From Candidatus Aminicenantes bacterium (GTDB lineage Bacteria > Acidobacteriota > Aminicenantia > Aminicenantales > Saccharicenantaceae): a stretch of 38,255 bases of DNA. The notes under the pieces were generated by a model. It was not told where the DNA came from, did not search any database, and saw nothing but the letters and a program-made list of their open reading frames with translations. Made by a program: the position numbers and the translations under genes. This document shows positions 9,425 to 21,670 of this stretch, in pieces; the stretch's first letter is position 1, and every line of letters starts with the position of its first letter. The stretch is from positions 1 through 38,255 of the forward strand of contig JAWOHF010000310.1 in NCBI GenBank assembly GCA_046496285.1. The letters run 5' to 3'.

Positions 9425-10065
9425 TTCCTGACCTTTTTCCAGTCGCTCAGGAAGCGCTCGATACCGGAGTCCGTGAGCGGGTGACGGATAAGCTTCTCCA
9501 TGACCGCGTAGGGCACGGTCGCGATGTCGGCGCCCAGAAGAGCCGCCTCAACGACGTGCCTGGGATGCCGGACGCTGGCCACGATAATCTCGGTCCCGAA
9601 CCGGTAGTTCTCGAAGACCTGGACGATCTCCTCGATGAGGGCCATCCCGTCCTCCGAGACGTCGTCGAGCCGCCCGATAAAGGGGCTGACGAACTTGGCC
9701 CCGGCTTTGGCCGCGAGCAGGGCCTGGCTCGTGGAGAAGACCAGGGTCATGTTGACCGAGATGCCCTCCGCGGCCAGGACCTTGGTCGCCTTCAGGCCTT
9801 CCAGGCCCACGGGGATCTTGACCGCGACGTTGGGCGCGATCTTGGCCAAGGCCCGGGCCTCGGGCACGATCTCCTCCGACCGGAGCGAGACGCACTCGGC
9901 GCTGACCGGGCCGCTGACGAGGGCGCAGATGTCGCGGATGTTGTCCTCGAATTTGATGTTCTCCTTGGAGCACAGGGAAGGGTTGGTGGTCACCCCGTCG
10001 AGGACCCCCCAGCTCGCGACCTCGCGGATCTCCTCGAGGTTGGCGGTGTCCAGAAAAAACTTCAT
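9421..10065 (-). CDS. tal: Short-type transaldolase / fructose-6-phosphate aldolase family protein
   Basis: 214 aa. [21 protein letters not shown], Schiff-base Lys context VAVKIPV, and FVSPFIGR, all hallmarks of the roughly 215-aa Tal/Fsa subfamily. AAGGAGG SD upstream. Confidence 0.9.
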   Translation of the reverse strand: MKFFLDTANLEEIREVASWGVLDGVTTNPSLCSKENIKFEDNIRDICALVSGPVSAECVSLRSEEIVPEARALAKIAPNVAVKIPVGLEGLKATKVLAAEGISVNMTLVFSTSQALLAAKAGAKFVSPFIGRLDDVSEDGMALIEEIVQVFENYRFGTEIIVASVRHPRHVVEAALLGADIATVPYAVMEKLIRHPLTDSGIERFLSDWKKVRK

Positions 10066-10074
10066 GGTACCTCC

Positions 10075-10842
10075 TTAGGATCTCGAACGCATGAGCGTAT
10101 TGGACAGTGTCCCGATGCCGTCGATCTGGACGTCGACCCGGTCCCCGGGGACCATGGGGCCGACGCCTTCGGGGGTCCCCGTCGTGATGATGTCGCCCGG
10201 GTTGAGGGTCATGATCCGGGACAGGAAGCGGACGAGGAACGGGACGGGGAAGATCAGATCGGCCGTGTGGCCCGACTGGACGAGCTTGCCGTTGAGAAAG
10301 GTCTTGAGGCGCAGGCCTCCCGGATCGACGTCGGTGGCGATGCAGGGGCCGACGGCGGCGAAAGTGTCGAAGGACTTGGCCCTCGTGAACTGGACGTCCT
10401 TCCTCTGCAGGTCCCGGGCGGTGACGTCGTTGAAACATGTGCAGCCCAGGATGCGGTCGGCCACGGGGTCTTCGTCCCGGAGAGAGCGGGTTCTCTTCTT
10501 GATGACGACGGCCAGCTCCCCTTCGTAGTCGACGCGGCCGGCCATATCGGGAGGGACGATGGCCTCGAGATGGCCGATGACGGCGGTGGACGGCTTCATG
10601 AAGATCAGCGGCTCCTCGGGAAGGGGGCGGCCCATCTCCCTGGCGTGGTCCCGGTAATTGGCCCCGATGCCGATGATCTTGGTCGGGATGACGGGAGGCA
10701 GGATCTTCGCGTCGCCGATCGGGACAGGGCTGTCCTCGATCGTGAAGTCGCCGAAGATCGAGCCCTTGAGGGGAAAGAGGAACTCCTCCTTGAGGACCCC
10801 GAGGAGGATCCTCTTCCGGTACCGGACACGGTAGATCTTCAC
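10075..10842 (-). CDS. Fumarylacetoacetate hydrolase (FAH) family protein
   Basis: 255 aa. [26 protein letters not shown], and [16 protein letters not shown] are typical of the FAH / 2-keto-4-pentenoate hydratase fold. The GTG start overlaps the upstream stop (GTGA). Confidence 0.88.
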   Translation of the reverse strand: MKIYRVRYRKRILLGVLKEEFLFPLKGSIFGDFTIEDSPVPIGDAKILPPVIPTKIIGIGANYRDHAREMGRPLPEEPLIFMKPSTAVIGHLEAIVPPDMAGRVDYEGELAVVIKKRTRSLRDEDPVADRILGCTCFNDVTARDLQRKDVQFTRAKSFDTFAAVGPCIATDVDPGGLRLKTFLNGKLVQSGHTADLIFPVPFLVRFLSRIMTLNPGDIITTGTPEGVGPMVPGDRVDVQIDGIGTLSNTLMRSRS

Positions 10843-11330
10843 GGTCCCTCTCTTTCGGCGGGAGCGGGCCCCCCGGGCGCCCGGGCGACGTCCACGACGG
10901 CCCAGGGCGAGAACGCCGAAACGCGGCCCCGGCGGTCGCGGACGCGGACCGTGAACGCCAGGCGCTTGGCGCCCTCGGGGACAGGCACGGACCGGCTCAT
11001 CGTCGCCTCACGGCCGTCCGTGGCTATCCGGAGGGCGAGCCGGGCCTCGGCCTCGACCTCAGCCGGCGCCGGGGCCGCCCCCGCGGCGGGGCCTGCCCCC
11101 TCGAGCACCCAGATCTCGATGGTCTCGAGAGGTCCGAGAGGCTTGCCCGAGACGGCCTTGACGGGATTGGCCCAGGCGAGGACCACGGCCCCGTTCTCGA
11201 GGGCCGCCGTGACCCGCTCGGCGGGCGCGGGCTCGCGGCCCGGAGGGAGCTCGAGCGGCCCCTTCCGCCCGCACCCGGGACCGGCGAGGAGGGCCAACCC
11301 GAGGATGAGCGTTCCGACCGGTCTTGCCAT
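10839..11330 (-). CDS. Lipoprotein with LptM/YifL-like N-terminal motif and extra C-terminal domain
   Basis: 163 aa. Signal peptide plus lipobox LLAGPGC, followed by [10 protein letters not shown]. The segment [12 protein letters not shown] mirrors the GCG.KGPL..P signature of E. coli LptM (YifL, ...LTGCGLKGPLYFPP). The remaining ~120 aa are Ala/Pro/Val-rich and beta-like. The start overlaps the hslU stop by 1 nt (TGATG). Confidence 0.6.
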   Translation of the reverse strand: MARPVGTLILGLALLAGPGCGRKGPLELPPGREPAPAERVTAALENGAVVLAWANPVKAVSGKPLGPLETIEIWVLEGAGPAAGAAPAPAEVEAEARLALRIATDGREATMSRSVPVPEGAKRLAFTVRVRDRRGRVSAFSPWAVVDVARAPGGPAPAEREGP

Positions 11331-12721
11331 CAGAGGATGAAGCGCCTCAGGTCCTGGCTCTCGAGAACGTCTTTCAGCTGGTCCCGGACGTATTCCCTGT
11401 CGATCCGGAGGGACTTTTCGACGATCGTCGGGGCCTCGAAGGAGATCTCTTCCATGACCTTCTCCATGACCGTGTGGAGACGGCGGGCCCCGATGTTCTC
11501 GGCCTCGGCGTTGACCTTCTCGGCGACCTCGGCGATCTCGTCGACGGCGTCGGACGTGAAATCGACCAGGACGTCCTCCGTGCCCATGAGAGCCTCGTAT
11601 TGCCGGATCAGGGCGTTCTCGGGCTCCGTCAGGATGCGGACGAAGTCGTTCTTGCCGAGCGATGTGAGTTCGACCCGTATCGGGAAACGGCCCTGGAGCT
11701 CGGGGATGAGGTCGGCGGGCTTGGAGACGTGGAAGGCGCCGGCGCCGATGAACAGGATGTGGTCCGTCCGGACCAGGCCGTACCGGGTGTTGACGGTCGT
11801 CCCCTCGATGATCGGCAGAAGGTCGCGCTGGACGCCCTCGCGGCTGACGTCGGGGCCGTGCCCGGATTCCCGGCCGGCGATCTTGTCGACCTCGTCCAGG
11901 AAGATGATGCCCGACTGCTCGACGCGGTCGATGGCCAGTCTCGAGACCTGGTCCATGTCGACCAGGCGCTTTTCCTCCTCTTCGAGCAGCAGCTCGCGGG
12001 CTTCCTTGATCTTGACCCGCCGGCGCTTGGAGCGGCCGCCCAGGAACCCGGGCAGGAGCTCCTGGATCTGGAACCCGATCTCCTCGACGCCCGAGTTGGA
12101 GATGACCTCGAAAGGCGGCGTCGTCTTCTCCTTGACCTCGACCTCGACGAGGCGCTCGTCGAGCAGGCCGGCGGCGAGCTGGGCCCTCAGCTTCTCGCGG
12201 GTGTCGCGGAACCTGTCGTCCTCCTCGGCGCTCGCCGCATCGTCCTTTTTCCGCAGGGGCGGGAGCAGGATGTCCAGGAGCCTCTCGATGACCGCGGCCT
12301 GGGCCTTTTCCTCGATCTCGGAGATCTTCTCCTGCTTGACCAGGTCCACCGAGATGCGGACGAGGTCGCGGATCATGGACTCCACGTCGCGGCCGACATA
12401 GCCGACCTCGGTGAACTTGCTGGCCTCGATCTTGAGGAAGGGCGAGGAGGTCAGCCGGGCCAGCCGCCGGGAGATCTCGGTCTTGCCGACCCCGGTCGGG
12501 CCGATCATGAGGATGTTCTTGGGCGCGATCTCGTCGGCCAGGTCGGGGGGCAGCTTGCGGCGGCGGAAGCGGTTCCGGAGGGCGATGGCCACGGCCTTCT
12601 TGGCCGCCTTCTGGCCGATGATGTATTTGTCGAGCTCGGCCACGATCTCCTGGGGGGTGAGCTCCGCGGCCGGCGTTTCGGCGGGCGGGGACTCCAGGCT
12701 CTCGGGCAGGGAGATGGGCAT
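11330..12721 (-). CDS. hslU: ATP-dependent protease ATPase subunit HslU
   Basis: 463 aa. [30 protein letters not shown], Walker [21 protein letters not shown], and C-terminal ...RRFIL. Colinear with HslU. Confidence 0.95.
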   Translation of the reverse strand: MPISLPESLESPPAETPAAELTPQEIVAELDKYIIGQKAAKKAVAIALRNRFRRRKLPPDLADEIAPKNILMIGPTGVGKTEISRRLARLTSSPFLKIEASKFTEVGYVGRDVESMIRDLVRISVDLVKQEKISEIEEKAQAAVIERLLDILLPPLRKKDDAASAEEDDRFRDTREKLRAQLAAGLLDERLVEVEVKEKTTPPFEVISNSGVEEIGFQIQELLPGFLGGRSKRRRVKIKEARELLLEEEEKRLVDMDQVSRLAIDRVEQSGIIFLDEVDKIAGRESGHGPDVSREGVQRDLLPIIEGTTVNTRYGLVRTDHILFIGAGAFHVSKPADLIPELQGRFPIRVELTSLGKNDFVRILTEPENALIRQYEALMGTEDVLVDFTSDAVDEIAEVAEKVNAEAENIGARRLHTVMEKVMEEISFEAPTIVEKSLRIDREYVRDQLKDVLESQDLRRFIL

Positions 12722-13249
12722 TCAGAGCTCCTCCACGGTGATCTCGAGGTTGGTGTAGACGCAGATGCCGGCGCTCGTCTTCAGGGCCTCCTCGGCAATC
12801 GTCCTCGCCGGCAGGTCCGTGTGGGCCATTAAGACCCGGGCGGCGGCCAGGGCGTAGGGCCCTCCGGAGCCGACGGCGATGACGCCGTCGTCGGGCTCGA
12901 CGACGTCCCCGGTGCCGGAGATGAGGAAGGTGCTCTCGGCATCGGCTACGATGAGCAGGGCGTCCAGCTGGCGGAGGGATTTCTCGAGGCGCCAGTCCTT
13001 GGCCAGCTCGATGGCCGCCCGCGACAAATTGCCGCGGTATTCCTCGAGCTTGGCCTCGAACCGCGTGAACAGGGCGAAGGCGTCCGAGGTCGCCCCGGCG
13101 AACCCGGCCAGGACGCTCCCCTTGGCCAGCCTCCGGAGCTTTCGGGCCTTGTGCTTGAGGACGGTCTGGCCCATGGACACCTGGCCGTCGGCGGCCATGG
13201 CCACCCGCCCTCCGCGGCGGACGCAGATGACGGTCGTCGAGCGGATCAT
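12722..13249 (-). CDS. hslV: ATP-dependent protease subunit HslV
   Basis: ORF 12722..14008 trimmed to ATG 13249. The longer version is R/G/P-rich and antisense to the next gene. [55 protein letters not shown]. The stop abuts the hslU start. Confidence 0.93.
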   Translation of the reverse strand: MIRSTTVICVRRGGRVAMAADGQVSMGQTVLKHKARKLRRLAKGSVLAGFAGATSDAFALFTRFEAKLEEYRGNLSRAAIELAKDWRLEKSLRQLDALLIVADAESTFLISGTGDVVEPDDGVIAVGSGGPYALAAARVLMAHTDLPARTIAEEALKTSAGICVYTNLEITVEEL

Positions 13250-13280
13250 GGGCTCACCTTCGGACGGACTTTTCCTTTCA

Positions 13281-13309
13281 ATGATATAGGATAGGGCGGG
13301 ACATGTAAA
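13281..13309 (-). promoter_or_regulatory. Putative sigma70-type promoter of the hslV operon (TTTACA-17 nt-TATCAT)
   Basis: On the minus strand, -35 TTTACA is at 13309..13304 and -10 TATCAT at 13286..13281, with a 17-nt spacer. It lies 31 nt upstream of the hslV ATG, with a GAAGGTGAG SD in between. Sequence match only. Confidence 0.4.
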
Positions 13310-13350
13310 GCGGGGCCCTCTCCCCCCCGCCAGCCGGCGGGACCGGCCGT

Positions 13351-13380
13351 TTGACCTCGGTCCGGCCCCTGGATTAAGAT
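13351..13380 (+). promoter_or_regulatory. Putative promoter of the nucleotidyltransferase/GH2 genes (TTGACC-18 nt-TAAGAT)
   Basis: -35 TTGACC at 13351..13356 and -10 TAAGAT at 13375..13380. ATG 13379 overlaps the -10, which argues for the downstream start at 13412/13418 preceded by GGGAGG. Sequence match only. Confidence 0.35.
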
Positions 13381-13411
13381 GGGGTCCCAGGAAAGAACTA
13401 TCGAAGGGAGG

Positions 13412-17538
<4,127 letters not shown>

Positions 17539-17588
17539 GGGCCGGGAGGGAAACCAAATCCCGTGCCGCCGCGTATTTCTAAGTGGGT

Positions 17589-17628
17589 TTGATATTTCGA
17601 ACTCGAATTGATATTCTTGGTGTATATA
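17589..17628 (+). promoter_or_regulatory. AT-rich putative promoter/operator upstream of the Ser/Thr kinase
   Basis: One of the few AT-rich patches in the window. TTGATATT occurs twice (17589..17596 and 17608..17615, 19-nt period), flanking the inverted repeat TTCGA-ac-TCGAA (17596..17607). Possible promoter TTGATA-17 nt-TATTCT. TATATA at 17623..17628 ends 4 nt before ATG 17633. No SD precedes the ATG. Confidence 0.3.
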
Positions 17629-17632
17629 TCCG

Positions 17633-19600
17633 ATGAAATGCTCCCGATGCTCCCACGAGAATCCTGAGGACACCCGTTTCTGCGGCCGCTGCGGGCGCGA
17701 GCTGACGGGCTCCGGCGACAGCGCCTCGTCGGGAACGATGACCGTCCAGGCCACCGCCCGGGGGCTCGAACGGGGGACGACGTTCGCCCGGAGGTTCGAG
17801 ATCATCGAGGAGATCGGCAAGGGCGGCATGGGCACGGTCTACAAGGCCTACGACAGCAAGGTCCGGGAGGTCGTGGCCATCAAGCTCCTGAAGCCGGAGA
17901 TCGCCTCCGACCTCGAGGTCATCGAGCGCTTCCGGAACGAGATCAAGCTGGCCCGCAAGGTCGCCCACCGCCACGTCTGCCGCATGTACGACCTCGACGA
18001 GGAGTGGCTATCGATCTACATCTCCATGGAGTACGTCCCCGGCGAGGACCTCAAGAGCTTCATCCGCCGCTCCGGTCACCTCAACGAGGCCAAGGCCCTG
18101 GCCCTGGCCCGGCAGATCGCCGAGGGGCTGGCCGAGGCCCACCGCATGGGGGTCGTCCACCGCGACCTCAAGCCCCAGAACGTCATGATCGACCGCGAGG
18201 GCAACGCCAAGATCATGGATTTCGGCATCGCCCGCTCCCTGCACACGCGGGGGGCGACGGGCTCCGGGGTCATCATCGGGACCCCCGAGTACATGGCCCC
18301 GGAGCAGGCCGACGCCAAGGACGTCGACCACCGGGTCGACATCTACGCGCTGGGGGCCATTCTCTTCGAGATGGTCACCGGCCGTCTGCCCTTCGAGGGC
18401 GAGACCCCCCTGAGCATCGTCCTCAAGCACAAGAGCGAGCCGCCGGCCGACCCCAAGACCCTGAACGCCCAGATCTCGCCGGCCCTCAGCGGGGTCATTC
18501 TCAGGTGTCTCGAAAAATCCAGGGACCGGCGCTATCAAACGGCCTTGGACCTCCTGGAGGACCTGGGCCGGATCGAGAAGGGGCTGCCCACGACGCAGCG
18601 GGCCCTGCCGGCGCGCAAGCCCATCACGACCCGCGAGATCACGGTCAAGTTCAATTTGAAGAAGCTGCTGGTCCCCGGCCTGATCGTCGCCGCCCTGGCC
18701 GTCGCCGGGCTGATCGCCGTGCTCCAGAAGCCGGCAGGGAAGGGCCCGCAAGCCGAGGTCGCGACGAAGTCCGCGGCGGTTACCCCTTATCCCGATAGGC
18801 GGGCCGTGCCGCCGCCCCCGCGCGGCGTGGAGGGCCTCGCCTCCGTTTTCCTCAAGGGGGGCGAGTCCTCGAAAATCATATCCTCTCTCGCTCCGTTCCT
18901 CAGGGATCCGCTCCGTCAGCTTACGGAAGAGGACGTGCAGGAGCTGGAGAAGGTCCTGGTCACGATCAGGGAGGATCACCCGGCCGAGGCGGCCGCCTTC
19001 TCGGGCTTCCTGGACAGCATCGAGCAACGGATCCGGGAAGGCAAGAAGCTGGGGGAGGCCGGCGACGTCGAGGCCTCGCGCCGAAGTTTCGGCCGGGGCG
19101 AGTCGGAGATGCGCAAGCTGCTGGCCCAGGTCAGCGAGAGGGACAAGGCGGAGGCCTCGTTCAAGAACATGGAGGCCGCCAAACAGAAGATCGTCGGCGC
19201 GGGCCGCGGGGACCGCCCGAACCTCCTGACGTGGATCGCCGGGGAAAAGGAAAAGGACGCGGCCGACGCCTTCGGCAAGAACGACTTCTCGGGCGCCCGG
19301 ATCCTCTATTCGATCCTGGAAAGGGTTTATCTCTTGAGCCTGCGGGTCGAGGGCGAGGACCAGGGCCTCGGTGCGCTCCAAGGGCTTGTCGGTTCGCTCC
19401 GCCAGGAGGCCGTAGCGGCCCAGGCGCCGTCGAAGGAGGCCTGGCTTTTCAACCGGGCCGTCGAGGACGAGACCGGCGCCGTGGAGCTGGCCCGGGAGAA
19501 GAACTATATGCGCGCCGCAGAACGGTTCATCCTGGCCGCCTTCCTGTTCGAAAAAGCGAAGGAAGTCGCCCTCGAGAGCGCCGGAGCCGGGCGCGAATGA
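17633..19600 (+). CDS. Hanks-type Ser/Thr protein kinase with N-terminal zinc ribbon, one TM helix and a helical extracytoplasmic domain
   Basis: 655 aa. Zinc ribbon CSRCSHENPEDTRFCGRCG. Kinase motifs GKGGMGTVY, VAIK, HRDLKPQNVMI, DFGIA, GTPEYMAPEQ. TM segment LLVPGLIVAALAVAGLIAVL. About 290 aa of C-terminal charged helical region. Confidence 0.9.
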   Translation: MKCSRCSHENPEDTRFCGRCGRELTGSGDSASSGTMTVQATARGLERGTTFARRFEIIEEIGKGGMGTVYKAYDSKVREVVAIKLLKPEIASDLEVIERFRNEIKLARKVAHRHVCRMYDLDEEWLSIYISMEYVPGEDLKSFIRRSGHLNEAKALALARQIAEGLAEAHRMGVVHRDLKPQNVMIDREGNAKIMDFGIARSLHTRGATGSGVIIGTPEYMAPEQADAKDVDHRVDIYALGAILFEMVTGRLPFEGETPLSIVLKHKSEPPADPKTLNAQISPALSGVILRCLEKSRDRRYQTALDLLEDLGRIEKGLPTTQRALPARKPITTREITVKFNLKKLLVPGLIVAALAVAGLIAVLQKPAGKGPQAEVATKSAAVTPYPDRRAVPPPPRGVEGLASVFLKGGESSKIISSLAPFLRDPLRQLTEEDVQELEKVLVTIREDHPAEAAAFSGFLDSIEQRIREGKKLGEAGDVEASRRSFGRGESEMRKLLAQVSERDKAEASFKNMEAAKQKIVGAGRGDRPNLLTWIAGEKEKDAADAFGKNDFSGARILYSILERVYLLSLRVEGEDQGLGALQGLVGSLRQEAVAAQAPSKEAWLFNRAVEDETGAVELAREKNYMRAAERFILAAFLFEKAKEVALESAGAGRE

Positions 19601-20019
19601 AAAAAACGCGCATTCTCTTCGTGTGCTACGGCAACATCTGCCGCAGCCCCATGGCCGAGGGCATCGCCCGGCGGCGGCTCGGCGCGAGAGCGGAAGCGGC
19701 CAGCGCGGGCATCGCCGCGACGGGCGGCCCGGCCTCCGCGGAGGCCGTCCTGGTCATGCGGCTCGTCTATCAAACGGACATCTCGGGCCACGTGGCCCGG
19801 CCGGTGGGCGTCTACGACATCAAGTCCTTCGACCACGTCGTGGCCATGGACATCTCCATCTACAACCATCTCCGGGACATCTGGGGCGTGCCTGTCCCCA
19901 AGCTCTACGGGTGGGATATCGAAGATCCTCTGGGATCGGGCTACGACGTCTACAAGGAGACGGCCGGCAAGATCGAGCGCCGGCTCGAGCCGTTCCTGAC
20001 CTCCATCGGCCTCGGCTGA
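19597..20019 (+). CDS. Low-molecular-weight protein-tyrosine phosphatase (LMW-PTP / ArsC-like fold)
   Basis: ORF 19231..20019 trimmed to ATG 19597, which overlaps the kinase stop (ATGA). 140 aa. P-loop ILFVCYGNICRSPMAEG (C-x5-R-S) and the general-acid DP motif in WDIEDP. Confidence 0.88.
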   Translation: MKKTRILFVCYGNICRSPMAEGIARRRLGARAEAASAGIAATGGPASAEAVLVMRLVYQTDISGHVARPVGVYDIKSFDHVVAMDISIYNHLRDIWGVPVPKLYGWDIEDPLGSGYDVYKETAGKIERRLEPFLTSIGLG

Positions 20020-20031
20020 GCCCCCTCTCCC

Positions 20032-21054
20032 CTACTTGTCCAGCATCGCTTCGAGGAAGTTCAAGGACGGGACGTTGGCGAAAACGATCTTGAGGATCGC
20101 CAGGATGGGGACGGCCAGGATCATGCCGGGCACGCCCCACAGCCAGGCCCAGAAGAACAGGGAGAAGAGGACAAGGAGCGGCGGCAAGTTCAATTCCCGG
20201 CCCATCAGCCGCGGCTCCAGGACGCCGTTCAGGAGCACATGGATCCCGGCCAGGAGGCCCGCGATAATCCAGACGGCCGGGCGGAACGCGCCGGCGAGAA
20301 AAGCGGCCATCAGCACGGGCAGGGCGACGGCGATGACGGCCCCGAGTGTCGGGACGTAGTTGAGGAGGAGGGCCAGAAGGCCGAAGAGGACGGCGAACGG
20401 GATCCCGAACAGGGCCAGGACGGCCGCCACGAGGGCGCCGATCCCGAGGTTGATGAGGGTCTTGACGGCCAGGTACTTCTGGATCTCGCAGTTGATCCTG
20501 CCCACGGTCCGGGTCAGCGTCGAGGCCTGTTCGGGGGGGAACGCCTGGGCGATCTTCTTCTCCATCCGGCCCCGGCCGGCCAGGATGAAGGTCATGAAGA
20601 CGAACACGAGCATCAGCTGGGACATGAAGGACAGGAACGGACCGAGCGCCGAGAGGACGACGGATCCGACTCTCCCGACGTTCAAGGCCCGGACCCACTC
20701 CTGGAGCCCGAGCCTGAGGCGCTCGTTCTGGACGCTCTCTTCGATGCCCGTCAGGAACGATTGCACCAGGTCGTGGTAGGAGGGAATTTCGGCGGCGAAC
20801 GACTTGCCGCTCGTGTAGAAGACGGTCCCCATCAGGTAGAGGACCACAAAGGCCAAAAGAAGGACGATGGCCAGGGCCATGGGCTTGGGGATATTGCGGC
20901 GGACCAGGATATCGAGGAGCGGGGAGACGGCGAAGGCCAGCAGGAGGGCCATGCTGAAGGGGATGAGAACGGGCTTGGCCAGCTTCAGGAAGACCCCCAG
21001 GAGGAACAGAATGAGGAGGCCCACGCCGAGCTTGATGAATTTCGTCCTGTCCAC
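20032..21054 (-). CDS. AI-2E family transporter (PerM/UPF0118)
   Basis: 340 aa with about 8 hydrophobic helices. The overall pattern (LIPF..A...A....P, the C-terminal G..G..LAVP motif as GVPGMILAVPI) is typical of AI-2E/PerM permeases. GTG start with GGAAGGAG SD. Confidence 0.85.
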   Translation of the reverse strand: MDRTKFIKLGVGLLILFLLGVFLKLAKPVLIPFSMALLLAFAVSPLLDILVRRNIPKPMALAIVLLLAFVVLYLMGTVFYTSGKSFAAEIPSYHDLVQSFLTGIEESVQNERLRLGLQEWVRALNVGRVGSVVLSALGPFLSFMSQLMLVFVFMTFILAGRGRMEKKIAQAFPPEQASTLTRTVGRINCEIQKYLAVKTLINLGIGALVAAVLALFGIPFAVLFGLLALLLNYVPTLGAVIAVALPVLMAAFLAGAFRPAVWIIAGLLAGIHVLLNGVLEPRLMGRELNLPPLLVLFSLFFWAWLWGVPGMILAVPILAILKIVFANVPSLNFLEAMLDK

Positions 21055-21160
21055 GGAAGCTCCTTCCCACTCATGATAGCCAAAACGCAGGGAAAAGAAA
21101 ACAGGTGAAAAAAGGGCGCCGTCCGGGTATCATGGAGCCGTCAACGACCGGAAACAGGAG

Positions 21161-21658
21161 GTGGCCGTGGTCCCCACAGAAACGCTGGCCAAGCTCAGTC
21201 TCTTCGAGGGGTTGCCCGAGAGCGCCTTCAAAGCCATCGGTGCCATTTCCAGGGAATTGCCCTTGGCCGCCGATACGGTCATCTTCTCGCCCGAAACGGC
21301 GGCCGAGCACCTCTATGTGCTCCTGGAAGGGTCGGTCCGCCTGACGGTTCACGTATCGCCCCTTTCCGGTCCGGTGACGGTCACCGTGCTGGGAACACCC
21401 GGTCAGGCTTTCGGATTCTCTTCGCTCGTCGGGAGCGGGCACCACAACAGCTCGGCCGAGGCCGCTTCGGCCGTCCGGGTCGTGGCCGTCAGGGGCCGGG
21501 AGCTGATGGACTACCTGGCCGGGGACACCGCGGCCGGGTTCGTTCTCATGAGGCGCCTCGTTCAACGCATCAGCAACCGGCTGGCGGCCGTGCGCAGGCT
21601 GCTCGTCCAGACGATCATCGACTACGAGCGGCCGGCGAGCGCGATCGACGACAACTGA
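21161..21658 (+). CDS. Stand-alone cyclic-nucleotide-binding (CAP effector) domain protein, no DNA-binding domain
   Basis: 165 aa. LFEGLPESAFKAIGAISRELPLAADTVIFSPETAAEHLYVLLEGSVRL is the typical cNMP-binding beta-roll N-terminus. There is no HTH after the C-helix. The true start may be GTG 21167, which has better spacing from CAGGAGG. Confidence 0.8.
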   Translation: MAVVPTETLAKLSLFEGLPESAFKAIGAISRELPLAADTVIFSPETAAEHLYVLLEGSVRLTVHVSPLSGPVTVTVLGTPGQAFGFSSLVGSGHHNSSAEAASAVRVVAVRGRELMDYLAGDTAAGFVLMRRLVQRISNRLAAVRRLLVQTIIDYERPASAIDDN

Positions 21659-21670
21659 CGCGGCTCCCGG

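Noticed and set aside
6962-9484. 840-aa + strand ORF antisense to tamB. The same class includes 2704..3615, 4009..4875, 5017..5964, 5759..6631, 9481..11340, 11324..12832, 20239..21108, 22085..23290, 23794..25869, 25571..26491, 26479..27705, 27989..30436, 31100..33031, 32896..34269, 35087..36118 and 35970..37076
   Set aside because: All lie exactly opposite genes with strong family signatures. They have extreme D/E/G/R/P/L composition, lack SD sites and show no motifs. Long stop-free antisense frames are expected when the sense strand has GC-rich third positions.
17633-17665. Tandem 9-nt repeat ATGCTCCCG/ATGCTCCCA at the start of the kinase gene
   Set aside because: It is explained by coding for the C-S-R-C-S-H zinc-ribbon knuckle (TGC TCC CGA TGC TCC CAC). 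It is not an independent DNA element.
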